Shown here: positions 1 through 9,468 of the stretch, in pieces | Position numbering within the stretch: position 1 is the first letter of the stretch | Layout: each line of letters starts with the position of its first letter | DNA from: a virus | Taxonomy: Duplodnaviria; Caudoviricetes | Length of the DNA: 45,243 nt | Reading direction: 5' to 3' (one strand) | IMG/VR virus record: IMGVR_UViG_3300027956_000015 | Location: 1-45,243 of that record | Position numbers and translations under genes: made by a program | Notes under the pieces: generated by a model | Databases searched by the model: none | What the model was told of the DNA's origin: nothing | The model's input: the letters and a program-made list of their open reading frames with translations, nothing else

Positions 1-158
1 AGATAGCAATGGGGTTATCTATGCACCGTATTAATACAAATATGCAAACCTATGAAGAGGGCGAAAAATTATATTTTTATGCGAATACTATTTTACCCGA
101 GCATCAAGCTATATTTGACGCTTATCCACAATTAGAAATTAGTATAAATGAAAAGTAA
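1..158 (+). CDS. 3' fragment of the tail-module protein encoded in full at 44118-44558
   Basis: Same frame and stop codon as the 44118 ORF (…ILPEHQAIFDAYPQLEISINEK*). Confidence 0.85.
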   Translation, partial: IAMGLSMHRINTNMQTYEEGEKLYFYANTILPEHQAIFDAYPQLEISINEK

Positions 159-279
159 ATCTAACTTAGAGCGCGTTGCATTTATTGTATTGTTAGGCAT
201 CTTAATGTATTTAATGGGTACTAGTTGCACAACCTCAAGAATTAAAGATAAACCGCGTTATCCGTATTATTATGAATAA
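148..279 (+). CDS. Small 43-aa putative lipoprotein (not in ORF track)
   Basis: MKSKSNLERVAFIVLLGILMYLMGTSCTTSRIKDKPRYPYYYE: basic N-terminus, hydrophobic core, lipobox-like GTS-C27. Overlaps both neighbours; frame and Cys preserved in the divergent copy at 44548. Confidence 0.75.
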   Translation: MKSKSNLERVAFIVLLGILMYLMGTSCTTSRIKDKPRYPYYYE

Positions 280-682
280 AGAGGAATTAATACAAAATAC
301 TTTAGAATATGCTAAATTAATTAAGCTTAACAGCGTGTTAATGGACTGTTTAAAGGAAGCTTTATACTCTAAGGAATGGGATTTTACAAATCCAGACCAT
401 TTCGATGGATGTACTGGTGTTGATGAATTACATTACAACGCTTACCCTCCTGATTGTTTAGTGCATGATTTTCATTGGAAAACAGGAAGAGGGGGAATAG
501 TTGCCGATAGTATTTTTAAGGATATTATGAAAGCTATGGGGCGTTCAAAAAAGATAATTAAAAAAAGATATAAAGGCGTTCGAATTGGTTGGATGTTTTG
601 GTACAAATGGAAACATAAACTAAATGGCAACGTTCAAGAGTTAACAAACGCAATGAAAGTTTATAAAATATTAAATTTTTAG
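272..682 (+). CDS. DUF1353-like / phospholipase A2-like helical protein
   Basis: FDGCT…CLVHDFHW…ADSIF…GVRIG pattern (C-x-x-H-D core followed by AD-x-x-F). Confidence 0.55.
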   Translation: MNKEELIQNTLEYAKLIKLNSVLMDCLKEALYSKEWDFTNPDHFDGCTGVDELHYNAYPPDCLVHDFHWKTGRGGIVADSIFKDIMKAMGRSKKIIKKRYKGVRIGWMFWYKWKHKLNGNVQELTNAMKVYKILNF

Positions 683-696
683 ATTAATTTTGAGGA

Positions 697-1878
697 ATGA
701 TAAATATACCAACAACCCAACAATTATTTAATTCGATTAAATTAAATATTGAAGCCGAATTAAATATACAAATTCCTACTTTTGGAAAAACTTTTCTATT
801 TGCCTTTTGTTCAGTTTTAGCAGGAACTTTAAAATTATTTTACCTTACTATTGGTAAAGTTCAAAAAAATATTTTCGTAGATACAGCAGATAGCGAATTA
901 AAGGGAGGAACTTTGGAACGTTGGGGGCGCGTAAAATTAGGCAGAAATCCATTTCCTGCAAGAGCCGGACAATATGAAGTTGAAATAAATGGGGAAATTG
1001 GATTTACAATTCCTGCAAATACTACATTTAAATCGGATGATACATCATTTAATCCGGGTATTTTATTTGTTTTAGACGCACCTTTTACTTTTGCAACATC
1101 AACAGAAACTATTACTTTACGATCATTAACAGCAGGGTTAACAAGTAAATTACAAATTAACGATACATTAACAGCAACAGCCCCATTAGCAGGGGCGAAT
1201 GAAAATGTAATTGTAACATCTGAAACAGTACAACCATTAGAAGCTGAAACATTAGAAAGATACAGAGAATTAACCATTGAAGCGTTCCAATTAGAACCAC
1301 AAGGCGGAGCCGGTACAGATTACAGATTATGGGCTAGTGATGCTGAGGGTGTTGCACAAACTTATCCATACGCAAAAAGTGGAGAAAGTGGAGTTGTTGA
1401 AGTATTTGTTGAAGCGGTTTTAAGTGCATCTACGGATGGAAAAGGAACGCCAACAACAGGGATTTTAGATGATGTAAGGGATGTAATTGAGTTTAATCCA
1501 AATACTGATTTACCAATACACGAAAGAGGGCGTAGACCTTTAGGAGTTAAAGATGTTGAAGTTAAAGCAGTAAATATAAGCGATGTTACAGTTACAATTA
1601 ACGATAGCGAATTTACAACGGAACAAGAGAATTTAATTAAAAATTCAATTCAATCTTATATCCAATCGGTACGCCCGAAAGTTGATAGTATTAAAATTGA
1701 TACAAACGATGTAATTCGATTAAATTCTATTATTTTTGCAATAGAGAACGCAGTTACTGGAGTTAATTACGGAGCAGTTGAATTTACTGTAAATACAGTT
1801 AACATTCCTGTTTTATACACTCTAGATAAAGGCGAAATTCCATTCATTGATTTATCGGATATAACATTTGTGCCATAA
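697..1878 (+). CDS. Baseplate J-like wedge protein (Mu gp47 family)
   Basis: IFVDTAD…LERWG, ETLERYRE…PQGGAGTDYRLWA…GVAQTYPY motifs; 393 aa. Confidence 0.9.
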   Translation: MINIPTTQQLFNSIKLNIEAELNIQIPTFGKTFLFAFCSVLAGTLKLFYLTIGKVQKNIFVDTADSELKGGTLERWGRVKLGRNPFPARAGQYEVEINGEIGFTIPANTTFKSDDTSFNPGILFVLDAPFTFATSTETITLRSLTAGLTSKLQINDTLTATAPLAGANENVIVTSETVQPLEAETLERYRELTIEAFQLEPQGGAGTDYRLWASDAEGVAQTYPYAKSGESGVVEVFVEAVLSASTDGKGTPTTGILDDVRDVIEFNPNTDLPIHERGRRPLGVKDVEVKAVNISDVTVTINDSEFTTEQENLIKNSIQSYIQSVRPKVDSIKIDTNDVIRLNSIIFAIENAVTGVNYGAVEFTVNTVNIPVLYTLDKGEIPFIDLSDITFVP

Positions 1879-2621
1879 TGATTTTTAACATAGATAAAAT
1901 AATCAAATTAAAACAGCAACTTTACCCTAAGGGTAGGGCTTTTGTTTTTGATGAAAAATCATATTTATATGCATTTCATAAAGCAATTGCCGAGGTTTTA
2001 AAAAATGGTTATAACGATGCAAAATCAATATTAGATAGTATTTTACCTGATAACGATAGATTTTCGGAGTTAGATGCAAGTCAATGGGAACGTAGATTGG
2101 GTTTAATTTCAAACTCAAATGTAAGTTTATCGGATAGAAAAAAAGCTATTTTAAGAAAGTGGCAGCATCCGGGACAAATTGCACCGCGCCAACATAGATT
2201 ATTTATAGAAAATCAATTACAATTAGCAGGGTTTAACGTACGTGTTTTTGAAAATAGGTTTTATGATGGTTTGGGTAATATTGTTAGTTTAAATCCTGAT
2301 TATTTTGTAGGTACAATGCATGGTGATTTTGAGCATGGAGAAGAAGAGCATGGAGATTATGGATTTAGTTTTTTAGCAAATTATATTGATGAAATTAGGG
2401 ATAGTAATTTTATTGCTACGGATAATAATTTCAGTTTTTTTATTGCATCTAGTGATTTTGGCACGGTGGATAATTTCGGGGTTACAATTCCTAGTGTTGG
2501 GGTTACGATTAACGATATCAGGGCAGATGTTTTAGATGTAAGAAAAAAGGAATTTAGGCAATTAATTTTAAAGTTAAAACCAAACCAAACAATTGGATAT
2601 TTATTAGTAAATTATATATAA
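1878..2621 (+). CDS. Baseplate protein, Mu gp48/YmfQ (DUF2313)-like
   Basis: LYPKGRAF…ILPD…QWERRLGL…LSDRKKAI motif; follows baseplate J. Confidence 0.8.
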   Translation: MIFNIDKIIKLKQQLYPKGRAFVFDEKSYLYAFHKAIAEVLKNGYNDAKSILDSILPDNDRFSELDASQWERRLGLISNSNVSLSDRKKAILRKWQHPGQIAPRQHRLFIENQLQLAGFNVRVFENRFYDGLGNIVSLNPDYFVGTMHGDFEHGEEEHGDYGFSFLANYIDEIRDSNFIATDNNFSFFIASSDFGTVDNFGVTIPSVGVTINDIRADVLDVRKKEFRQLILKLKPNQTIGYLLVNYI

Positions 2622-2622
2622 G

Positions 2623-3861
2623 ATGAAAAAGATAACAGACAAAGCAAATACAAATAATCCTAGCGATGGTTTACCATTTGGAACAATTAGAGATAGGATT
2701 GACAATGTACAAAGTGGCACGCCAGTTAACACAGATGTTTATTCCGATATGCACCAATTTTTTCAACAGTTGGCTAGTGTTGGTAGAGTTCATCCAAATG
2801 GGCAATTAGAAAACGCAAATGGTGGTTTTCAGTTAATGGATGCTTTATTTTCGGCAATTACATCTGTAATTAATCCCAATGTATCAAACGATTTTTTAAC
2901 GGATGATCATCCTGCTGAATACAATGGAGCATCACTTAGAATTTGCTATGGTGGTGGTTATTTTTTTAGATGCCATAATACAGGCGCAAAATCTTCAATC
3001 ATGCGTTCAGTTGATTGTGTTAAATGGGAAATTGTATTTGAAATAATTACTATTGGAAATTATGTAATTTGGGATATCGATGCTGATAATAATGGAAATG
3101 TAATGGCAATTACAAGCATTAATAAAGTTTTGTATTCCGATGATTACGGTGCTAATTTTAGCGAAGTTGTAATTGATGCAACTTTTAATGCAGTTGGAAA
3201 ACAAAAAAGAAGAATTAAAGTTTTACCAAATAACAGATATATTTTAACTCAAGCAACAGAATTAAGAAATTCATCATCCGAAAGTAATATTTTATTTATT
3301 AATTCAAGTGGTACTACTTTAACTGGTGCACTAACACAACCGTCTTTTGAAATTAATGATATTCAAGTAAATTTGGATTTAGAAATTATAATGATTTGTG
3401 GATTTAACACTCTAAACTTTTCAAAAGCATATTATTCCAATAATTTAAGCGGTACATTTTCAAACACAATTACACATTCTGCAATAGGCAATGATTTTGT
3501 ATCAATTGCACCATTTACAATTAATCAAAATTACGGTGATAACTCAATCAGTAGAAGCGGTTTTATATTGGTTACAAATAATGCAATTAATAGTACAACT
3601 TTAGGTTTAGTAATTGATTTTGTAGGTGGCTCGCGTGTTGTTACAGAAAGAAGTTTAGCCGATAAAAATTATTTCGGTGTTAAGTATGGAAATGGTAGAA
3701 CAGTTTTAGCTGCAGGTACTGGATTAGAACAATCGTTTAATTTTTTAGAAAGCGTAGCAGCTTACGACAATAAACTACCTGCATCAACATCCGATTTAGC
3801 GTTTGGGATGAATACTTTTGCATTTTGTGGGGTTTACGCATCTACTCCAAAATTCGTGTAA
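2623..3861 (+). CDS. Tail fibre / receptor-binding protein
   Basis: N-terminal baseplate anchor (GTPVNTDVYSD…QLMDAL) and a beta-rich C-terminus with Asp-box-like repeats (RSVDCVKW, YSDDYGANF); follows gp48. Confidence 0.75.
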   Translation: MKKITDKANTNNPSDGLPFGTIRDRIDNVQSGTPVNTDVYSDMHQFFQQLASVGRVHPNGQLENANGGFQLMDALFSAITSVINPNVSNDFLTDDHPAEYNGASLRICYGGGYFFRCHNTGAKSSIMRSVDCVKWEIVFEIITIGNYVIWDIDADNNGNVMAITSINKVLYSDDYGANFSEVVIDATFNAVGKQKRRIKVLPNNRYILTQATELRNSSSESNILFINSSGTTLTGALTQPSFEINDIQVNLDLEIIMICGFNTLNFSKAYYSNNLSGTFSNTITHSAIGNDFVSIAPFTINQNYGDNSISRSGFILVTNNAINSTTLGLVIDFVGGSRVVTERSLADKNYFGVKYGNGRTVLAAGTGLEQSFNFLESVAAYDNKLPASTSDLAFGMNTFAFCGVYASTPKFV

Positions 3862-4610
3862 TGAATTTTAATATAAATAATATTGATGTTGTGCAACTTA
3901 CCAATAAATTGGAAAAGATGCACAAATCAGTATTACCACGTACAGTAAGAGATACTTTAAACTATGCTGCATTGCAAGATACAAAGCAAGATACAATGCT
4001 AAAATCTGCAAAGAAAAATTTTAAAGATGAACGAACAAATTTAAATTTTTTTAAAGCTAATTCAAAAGTAAACTTTGCGAAAGGGTGGAATGTTAAAGGA
4101 ATGAAATCCGAAATAGGATTTAAAGCTACAAAAACCAAAACAGATGGAGCAGTTGAAAACCTAGAAAAGCAAGAGTTTGGAGGAACAATAAAGGGCAAAG
4201 CATACATTCCATTAAGACAAGCAAGAATTGGAGGTAAATGGGGTAAAACCGTTAAACAACAGTATAGAATATCCGAAATAAAAGATAAAATTGTAGATAG
4301 TAACGATAATAAAAAAGGCAAAAATAGAGGGCAAAAATTTATTTTATCATCTATAAAAGCAGGTATAGGCGGTTTTGTTATTGGAGGTGAAAAAGGAAGA
4401 AGATTTTTATTTGAAGTTAAAAATATATCCAAATTAAAAGGACAAACAAAAGTTAAAACAACAGCTTTATATTCTGTTAAAGGTGGGCGAAAAGTGAAAG
4501 CTAATCCAACTAATTTTATGAGTGAAGCACAACATCAATCGGTTACTAGAATTGAGAAAAATTTTATTAAATTTGCAAATATTAATATTCAAAAATACAA
4601 ATTTAGATGA
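3861..4610 (+). CDS. Basic neck/tail-completion-like morphogenesis protein
   Basis: Start moved to ATG 3861 (TAATG overlap); Lys-rich; …LEKQEFGGTI… motif typical of virion morphogenesis proteins. Confidence 0.5.
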   Translation: MNFNINNIDVVQLTNKLEKMHKSVLPRTVRDTLNYAALQDTKQDTMLKSAKKNFKDERTNLNFFKANSKVNFAKGWNVKGMKSEIGFKATKTKTDGAVENLEKQEFGGTIKGKAYIPLRQARIGGKWGKTVKQQYRISEIKDKIVDSNDNKKGKNRGQKFILSSIKAGIGGFVIGGEKGRRFLFEVKNISKLKGQTKVKTTALYSVKGGRKVKANPTNFMSEAQHQSVTRIEKNFIKFANINIQKYKFR

Positions 4611-5830
4611 GTTGGTTAGAACGGATTAATTCGGAGTTTATAATTAAATGTGGAGATGGTAGAGAATACCGCCCATTATGGATGAACGCGGTTAAATCCT
4701 ATGAATTTAATGTAAGTGAATTTGAATTTATTAATCAAAGGGGGGCAAAAGTAGTACGTGAAGAAGTTAAAGCAAGGAGGCTTAATTTAACTTTACATTT
4801 TGAGGGCGAAAACGTACTAGATATTTCGGATAATTTCGAGCGTTCAACATTCGATAAACGACCGTGGACAATTACCCATCCAATGTACGGACAATTAACC
4901 GTACAACCATTGGGTTTAAATTTCGATAATACTAAATTTAATATAACTACAATTACGTGTACCGTAGTTGAAACTTTATTAGACAATTTCCCACAAACAA
5001 ATGATGATTTTGTAGATATAATTGAGCAACGCGCAAATGTTACTAATGAAGCTTTAGCAAGTGCTTTAGAAAGTGAAGAATTAAGCGCATCCGATTTGCA
5101 AGAAGTTCAACAGCAACAAAGAAGTTTATATAATCAGGGCAAAAATATAGCTACTGGATTGGATGCCGAAACTTATTTCAATTTGTTTAATGATGCGAAT
5201 AATTTTTTATTTGTAGCACAAGACAATCCCATTCAATCTATTATTGCAACTCAAAGATTTATTTTAGCACCTGCTAATTTTATTTCGTCAACTAGAACCA
5301 GGCAAAATATTTTAACAAAGCAATTTTTTGAGTTATTAAATTTTTTACCTAGGGCTTTAAATCGTTCCAAAAAAATGATATTCCAATCTAATGGAGGTAC
5401 TTTAATTAGTGCAAAGGCCTTAACATTATCAACACCCGATTTGAATGTAGATTTTAAAACAGGTGTTGAAGTATTAAATTACGCTCAATCATTACATACT
5501 GATTTAAATACCTACCTAACATCAATCGAAAGCCTACAAACTGATAACGGTGGCGAATTAGATAGTTATATACCTAATTACGAACCAATAAAAGAATTAA
5601 TTGATTTGGTTAATTATACGGTTGTTAATTTGATTAACATTGCTGTAAATTCAAAAACTGAAAGAAGTATCATTTTAAATTACGATACTAATGCAATTGA
5701 ATTAACACACCGATTATATGGTTTGGATGCCAACGATAATAATTTAAATGATTTGATTAATCAAAATGATTTAAGTTTTGATGAATTATTGATTATCCCA
5801 CAAAATAAAAAAATAGTTTATTACGTGTAA
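4607..5830 (+). CDS. Mu gpN-like DNA circularisation / tail protein
   Basis: WLERI…HPMYG N-terminal domain and LysM-like C-terminus (AIELTHRLYG…LINQN…IPQNKKI). Confidence 0.75.
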   Translation: MSWLERINSEFIIKCGDGREYRPLWMNAVKSYEFNVSEFEFINQRGAKVVREEVKARRLNLTLHFEGENVLDISDNFERSTFDKRPWTITHPMYGQLTVQPLGLNFDNTKFNITTITCTVVETLLDNFPQTNDDFVDIIEQRANVTNEALASALESEELSASDLQEVQQQQRSLYNQGKNIATGLDAETYFNLFNDANNFLFVAQDNPIQSIIATQRFILAPANFISSTRTRQNILTKQFFELLNFLPRALNRSKKMIFQSNGGTLISAKALTLSTPDLNVDFKTGVEVLNYAQSLHTDLNTYLTSIESLQTDNGGELDSYIPNYEPIKELIDLVNYTVVNLINIAVNSKTERSIILNYDTNAIELTHRLYGLDANDNNLNDLINQNDLSFDELLIIPQNKKIVYYV

Positions 5831-5831
5831 C

Positions 5832-6839
5832 ATGGAATTACTTTTAAATGGATCAAGATACGATTTTTTTAATGATATTGATGTAACATTATCTTTTGAT
5901 AGTGTAGCATCAACTTTTGGGTTTAGTTTTTTACCAAATGATTTTAAGGATTTAAAATCCGTTTTAAAATATCCAAGTGTAAAAGTAATTGAGGGTAGAG
6001 AAACTTTAATTTTTGGAACGATAATCAATAATACTTTTAACTCAAAACCTACAAAATCACTTACAGCAATATCGGGATATTCTAATACTGGAATTTTGCA
6101 GGATTGTACAACCCCTGTAAATATTTATCCTTTACAATCGGACAATTTAACTTTACTGCAAATTGCAAGAAAATTAACACAACCGTTTAATGTTGGAGTT
6201 GTTGTGGATAGTTTGGTGCAATCCGAGGTTAATCAAGTATTCGAAAAATCGGAATTAAATGCAACAGAAACAATAGCATCTTATTTATCAAGTTTAGCAA
6301 CGCAAAAAAACATAGTTTTAAGCCACGATAATAAAGGGAATATTGTATTTACCAAAGCGAAAACAAATCAAAAGCCAGTTGAAACATTAACTACTGCTTT
6401 ATCCATGCAATTATCTATAAATGGGCAACAGTTACACCGCACAATAACAGTAGTAAAACAACCTGATACAGATGGGGGAAATGCAGGACAATCAACTATC
6501 ACAAACCCTTACTGCTCAATTAATCGTACAAAAACAGTTACCCAAAATAAAGGCGATGATAATGATACAAATCTAGTTGCTAGGGCAGTTTTAGGGGCTG
6601 AATTAAAGAATATAAAACTTACCATATCATTGGATAGATGGGTAGATATTAACGGTAATTTATTTAAACCTAACACATTGATAAGTATAATTAATCAAGA
6701 TTTACTTATATTTGACAAAACAAACTTTTTTATTGAAAGCGTAAATTTTGTAAGAAATTCAAATGGCAAAAGTTGTACGTTAAATTGTGTATTACCTGCT
6801 GTTTATGATAATACTAAGGTTGTAAATATTTTTGAATGA
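5832..6839 (+). CDS. Baseplate hub, Mu gpP (gp44)-like
   Basis: VTLSFDSVASTFGF…ILQDC…ETIASYLSSLA…GNIVF…FKPNTLISI pattern; synteny N-P-gp45. Confidence 0.85.
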   Translation: MELLLNGSRYDFFNDIDVTLSFDSVASTFGFSFLPNDFKDLKSVLKYPSVKVIEGRETLIFGTIINNTFNSKPTKSLTAISGYSNTGILQDCTTPVNIYPLQSDNLTLLQIARKLTQPFNVGVVVDSLVQSEVNQVFEKSELNATETIASYLSSLATQKNIVLSHDNKGNIVFTKAKTNQKPVETLTTALSMQLSINGQQLHRTITVVKQPDTDGGNAGQSTITNPYCSINRTKTVTQNKGDDNDTNLVARAVLGAELKNIKLTISLDRWVDINGNLFKPNTLISIINQDLLIFDKTNFFIESVNFVRNSNGKSCTLNCVLPAVYDNTKVVNIFE

Positions 6840-7321
6840 TTAATTTAGTTAAAATAATAAGTAATAGTGTTGTAAATGGTAAACGTATTTTAAAGTTTTT
6901 AAAGTATGGTTTATCCGATGTTAGAACCGCGCCCGAAAGTGCACCGTGGGGAATTGATTGTAACGCGCCAAAAGATGCTATTGCGGTTTATGTTAAAACT
7001 GAACATAATGGGGACGATGTAATTATAGGGTATATAAATAGAAATCAATTATCTGAAATTGGAGGTTTGAGGTTATATTCCGAAAATGGATATATATATT
7101 TGCGCCAAAATGGAGATTTAGAGTTATTAGGAAATAGTAATTTTGCTGTAAAATATAATGAATTAGAAACTGCTTTTAATGATTTAAAACAACAATGGAA
7201 TACTTTTGCTACAACTTATGTTCCGGGTGGTCCTGCTAACGTAGGTTTACCACCAACAGCAAATTTATGTACGGAGCAAATTGAATTAAGTAAAAACGAT
7301 AAAATTAAAACTAATGGTTAA
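6836..7321 (+). CDS. Baseplate spike, Mu gp45-like
   Basis: APWGIDCNAP…GGLRLYSENG-YIYLRQNGDLEL beta-repeat pattern; follows the hub gene. Confidence 0.7.
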   Translation: MINLVKIISNSVVNGKRILKFLKYGLSDVRTAPESAPWGIDCNAPKDAIAVYVKTEHNGDDVIIGYINRNQLSEIGGLRLYSENGYIYLRQNGDLELLGNSNFAVKYNELETAFNDLKQQWNTFATTYVPGGPANVGLPPTANLCTEQIELSKNDKIKTNG

Positions 7322-7625
7322 ATCTGTTACATTCAATAGCGCAGGTATTTATGTCGAAAGTGCAACATCTATTCACGATAAATTAACAAGGGTAAACGCT
7401 ATTATTACCGCTTTGTTAGAGGTGGCAATTAAAGCCGCTGAAACTGGTAATATTAATGAATACCAATTGGATAGTGGGCAAACAAAAATACGAACTAATT
7501 ATACAGGACCAGAACAAGTTTTTAAATCGATTGAACATTTTGAAAGATTAAAAACATATTACGAAAATAAATTAAATGGGCACTCATTTAGATTAATGGA
7601 TGCGAAAAACTTTATTCCAAGATAA
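7314..7625 (+). CDS. Head-tail joining protein, lambda gpW-like
   Basis: Helix / EYQLDSGQTKIRTNY hairpin / helix; immediately upstream of portal. Confidence 0.65.
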   Translation: MVKSVTFNSAGIYVESATSIHDKLTRVNAIITALLEVAIKAAETGNINEYQLDSGQTKIRTNYTGPEQVFKSIEHFERLKTYYENKLNGHSFRLMDAKNFIPR

Positions 7626-9214
7626 TGAAAATACTAGGTATAGAAATTCCGTTTACGGAAAAAGCAAAAGAGGTTAAGCAAATTACAAAAATTGAAGAAC
7701 CCAACGCACGTGTTTTTAATGGTGGGCGTGTAATCAATAATATTGTTTTTGATGGCGAAAAGAACTTAGGCGAAATTGGACAATTGACAAATTACCATGT
7801 TGATTATTACGGTTTGCGCACACGTTCATGGAAAGCTTATTTAGATAGTGATATTGCCCAAACGGTAATTAAAAAATATACTAAATGGGTAGTTGGTGCA
7901 GGTTTAAAATTACAAGCCGAGCCCAACAAAATGGTATTAATCCAAGAGGGTTACGATGTAACAAACGAAGCTTTAAATAATAATATTGAGGCGCGTTTTA
8001 AGGTTTGGGCGAAAAGTAAAATGGCTTGTATTAACAACGAAAATACATTCCACCGTATAATGAATACAGCGTATATTAATGCGGTTGTTGGTGGCGATGT
8101 TTTAGTAGTTTTACGCGTAATCAAACAAAACTTAAAAATTGAATTAATTGATGGTGCAAATTTACGTACTCCAGTAAGTTCAATTTTAGATCCAAACTTT
8201 AAAAATGGAGTACAAACAGATGAAAACGGTAAAGTAATTGCATACCATGTAAGCAAAAGGAATAATTTACTTGAAACAACAGAAATTAAAGCATATAACA
8301 ATGGCTTTAGAGTTGCATTTTTATTTAAAGGTTTGCATTATCGTTTATCCGATAATAGAGGTTTACCGATTATTTCGGCTGTATTAGAGAGTATTGTAAA
8401 ACTTGATAGATACAAAGATGCAACGGTATCAAGCGCGGAGGAAGTAAGCAAAATAGCTTATCAAGTCGTTCATCAAGCTTATTCAAGTGGCGAAAACCCA
8501 GCATCTAAATTATTATCAAAAGCCTATGATATTGGAGGGGGCGAGGGTGGAAATATACCAACTACGGATGATGGCACTCAATTAGCTACAAATATTGCAG
8601 CAACAACTCAAAGACAAGCATTTAACAATCCAGTTGGTGCAGAAATTAAACCGATTAGTTCCACTACAAGGGAACTTTATTTTAAAGATTTTTTTAGTGT
8701 AAATGTTAATTTAATTTGCGCCGCTTTAGCTGCACCCCCTGAGGTAATGTTATCAAAATACGATAGTAATTTTTCGGCATCAAGAGCCGCGCTAAAAGAT
8801 TGGGAACATACATTGAATGTTGAGCGTTCATTTTTCCAAGAGGAATTTCTGCAGTATGTTTATGATTTTTGGTTGTACATTGAAGTATTAAAAAACAAAT
8901 TAAATGTAAATGGAATTTTAAAAGCAGTTGCAGTAAAAAACGAATACGCATTTAATGCATTTACACAATGTAGATTTGTTGGCGCAAACGTTCCACACAT
9001 CGACCCTTTAAAAGAAGTGAAAGCAGAAAGAGAAAAATTAGGAACATCAGGGCAACATATACCATTAACCACGGTGGAACAAGCAACCGAAAGTTTAAAC
9101 GGTGGTGATAGCATGGCAAATATGGAGCAATACTCAGAGGAATATAAAAAATCAGTTGATTTAAATATACCAACTGGCAAAGAAAATTTAACTGAAACTA
9201 TAATCGAGGAATAG
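7625..9214 (+). CDS. Portal protein, lambda gpB family
   Basis: RGLPIISAVL, SNFSASRAAL and HIDPLKEVKA motifs; 529 aa. Confidence 0.93.
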   Translation: MKILGIEIPFTEKAKEVKQITKIEEPNARVFNGGRVINNIVFDGEKNLGEIGQLTNYHVDYYGLRTRSWKAYLDSDIAQTVIKKYTKWVVGAGLKLQAEPNKMVLIQEGYDVTNEALNNNIEARFKVWAKSKMACINNENTFHRIMNTAYINAVVGGDVLVVLRVIKQNLKIELIDGANLRTPVSSILDPNFKNGVQTDENGKVIAYHVSKRNNLLETTEIKAYNNGFRVAFLFKGLHYRLSDNRGLPIISAVLESIVKLDRYKDATVSSAEEVSKIAYQVVHQAYSSGENPASKLLSKAYDIGGGEGGNIPTTDDGTQLATNIAATTQRQAFNNPVGAEIKPISSTTRELYFKDFFSVNVNLICAALAAPPEVMLSKYDSNFSASRAALKDWEHTLNVERSFFQEEFLQYVYDFWLYIEVLKNKLNVNGILKAVAVKNEYAFNAFTQCRFVGANVPHIDPLKEVKAEREKLGTSGQHIPLTTVEQATESLNGGDSMANMEQYSEEYKKSVDLNIPTGKENLTETIIEE

Positions 9215-9386
9215 GAGGGCGTTTATTTTTCGCCTTTTCCTCCTCATGAAATTCTCTCATTTTCTGTTTAACAAATTGGGATAGAGTTATCCCACGTTTG
9301 TGTAAAATAGCCATTACATCATTTTTTAAATCAGTAGGTATGTTTGTAACATCTATCCTACTGAACATCTTATTTTGTTTATCCAT
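9198..9386 (-). CDS. Ribbon-helix-helix (Arc/CopG-like) regulator
   Basis: RIDVTNIPTDLKNDVMAILHKRGITLSQFVKQKMREF: strand-helix-G-x-T/S-helix pattern; own TAAATTTG box at 9398-9391. Confidence 0.7.
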   Translation of the reverse strand: MDKQNKMFSRIDVTNIPTDLKNDVMAILHKRGITLSQFVKQKMREFHEEEKAKNKRPPIPRL

Positions 9387-9468
9387 ATTGCAAATTTAAT
9401 TAAAAACATAAAATAAACACATAATTTATTTTAATTTTTTTCTTGTTTTTATATTTGTTGCAATATGG
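9383..9468. promoter_or_regulatory. Divergent Bacteroidota-type promoters (RHH leftward, head operon rightward) with 19-bp late motif
   Basis: TATATTTG at 9450-9457 (+), TAAATTTG at 9398-9391 (-), TAAAAACATAAAATAAACA at 9401-9419. Confidence 0.75.

Larger units (their letters stand above)
1..843. repeat. Left copy of imperfect terminal direct repeat (circular overlap)
   Basis: Colinear without indels with 44401-45243; 46 substitutions counted by eye (about 94.5% identity). Confidence 0.97.

Noticed and set aside
1-843. Diversity-generating retroelement TR/VR pair
   Set aside because: No reverse transcriptase in the genome, substitutions are not adenine-specific, and the repeat spans several genes at the contig ends.
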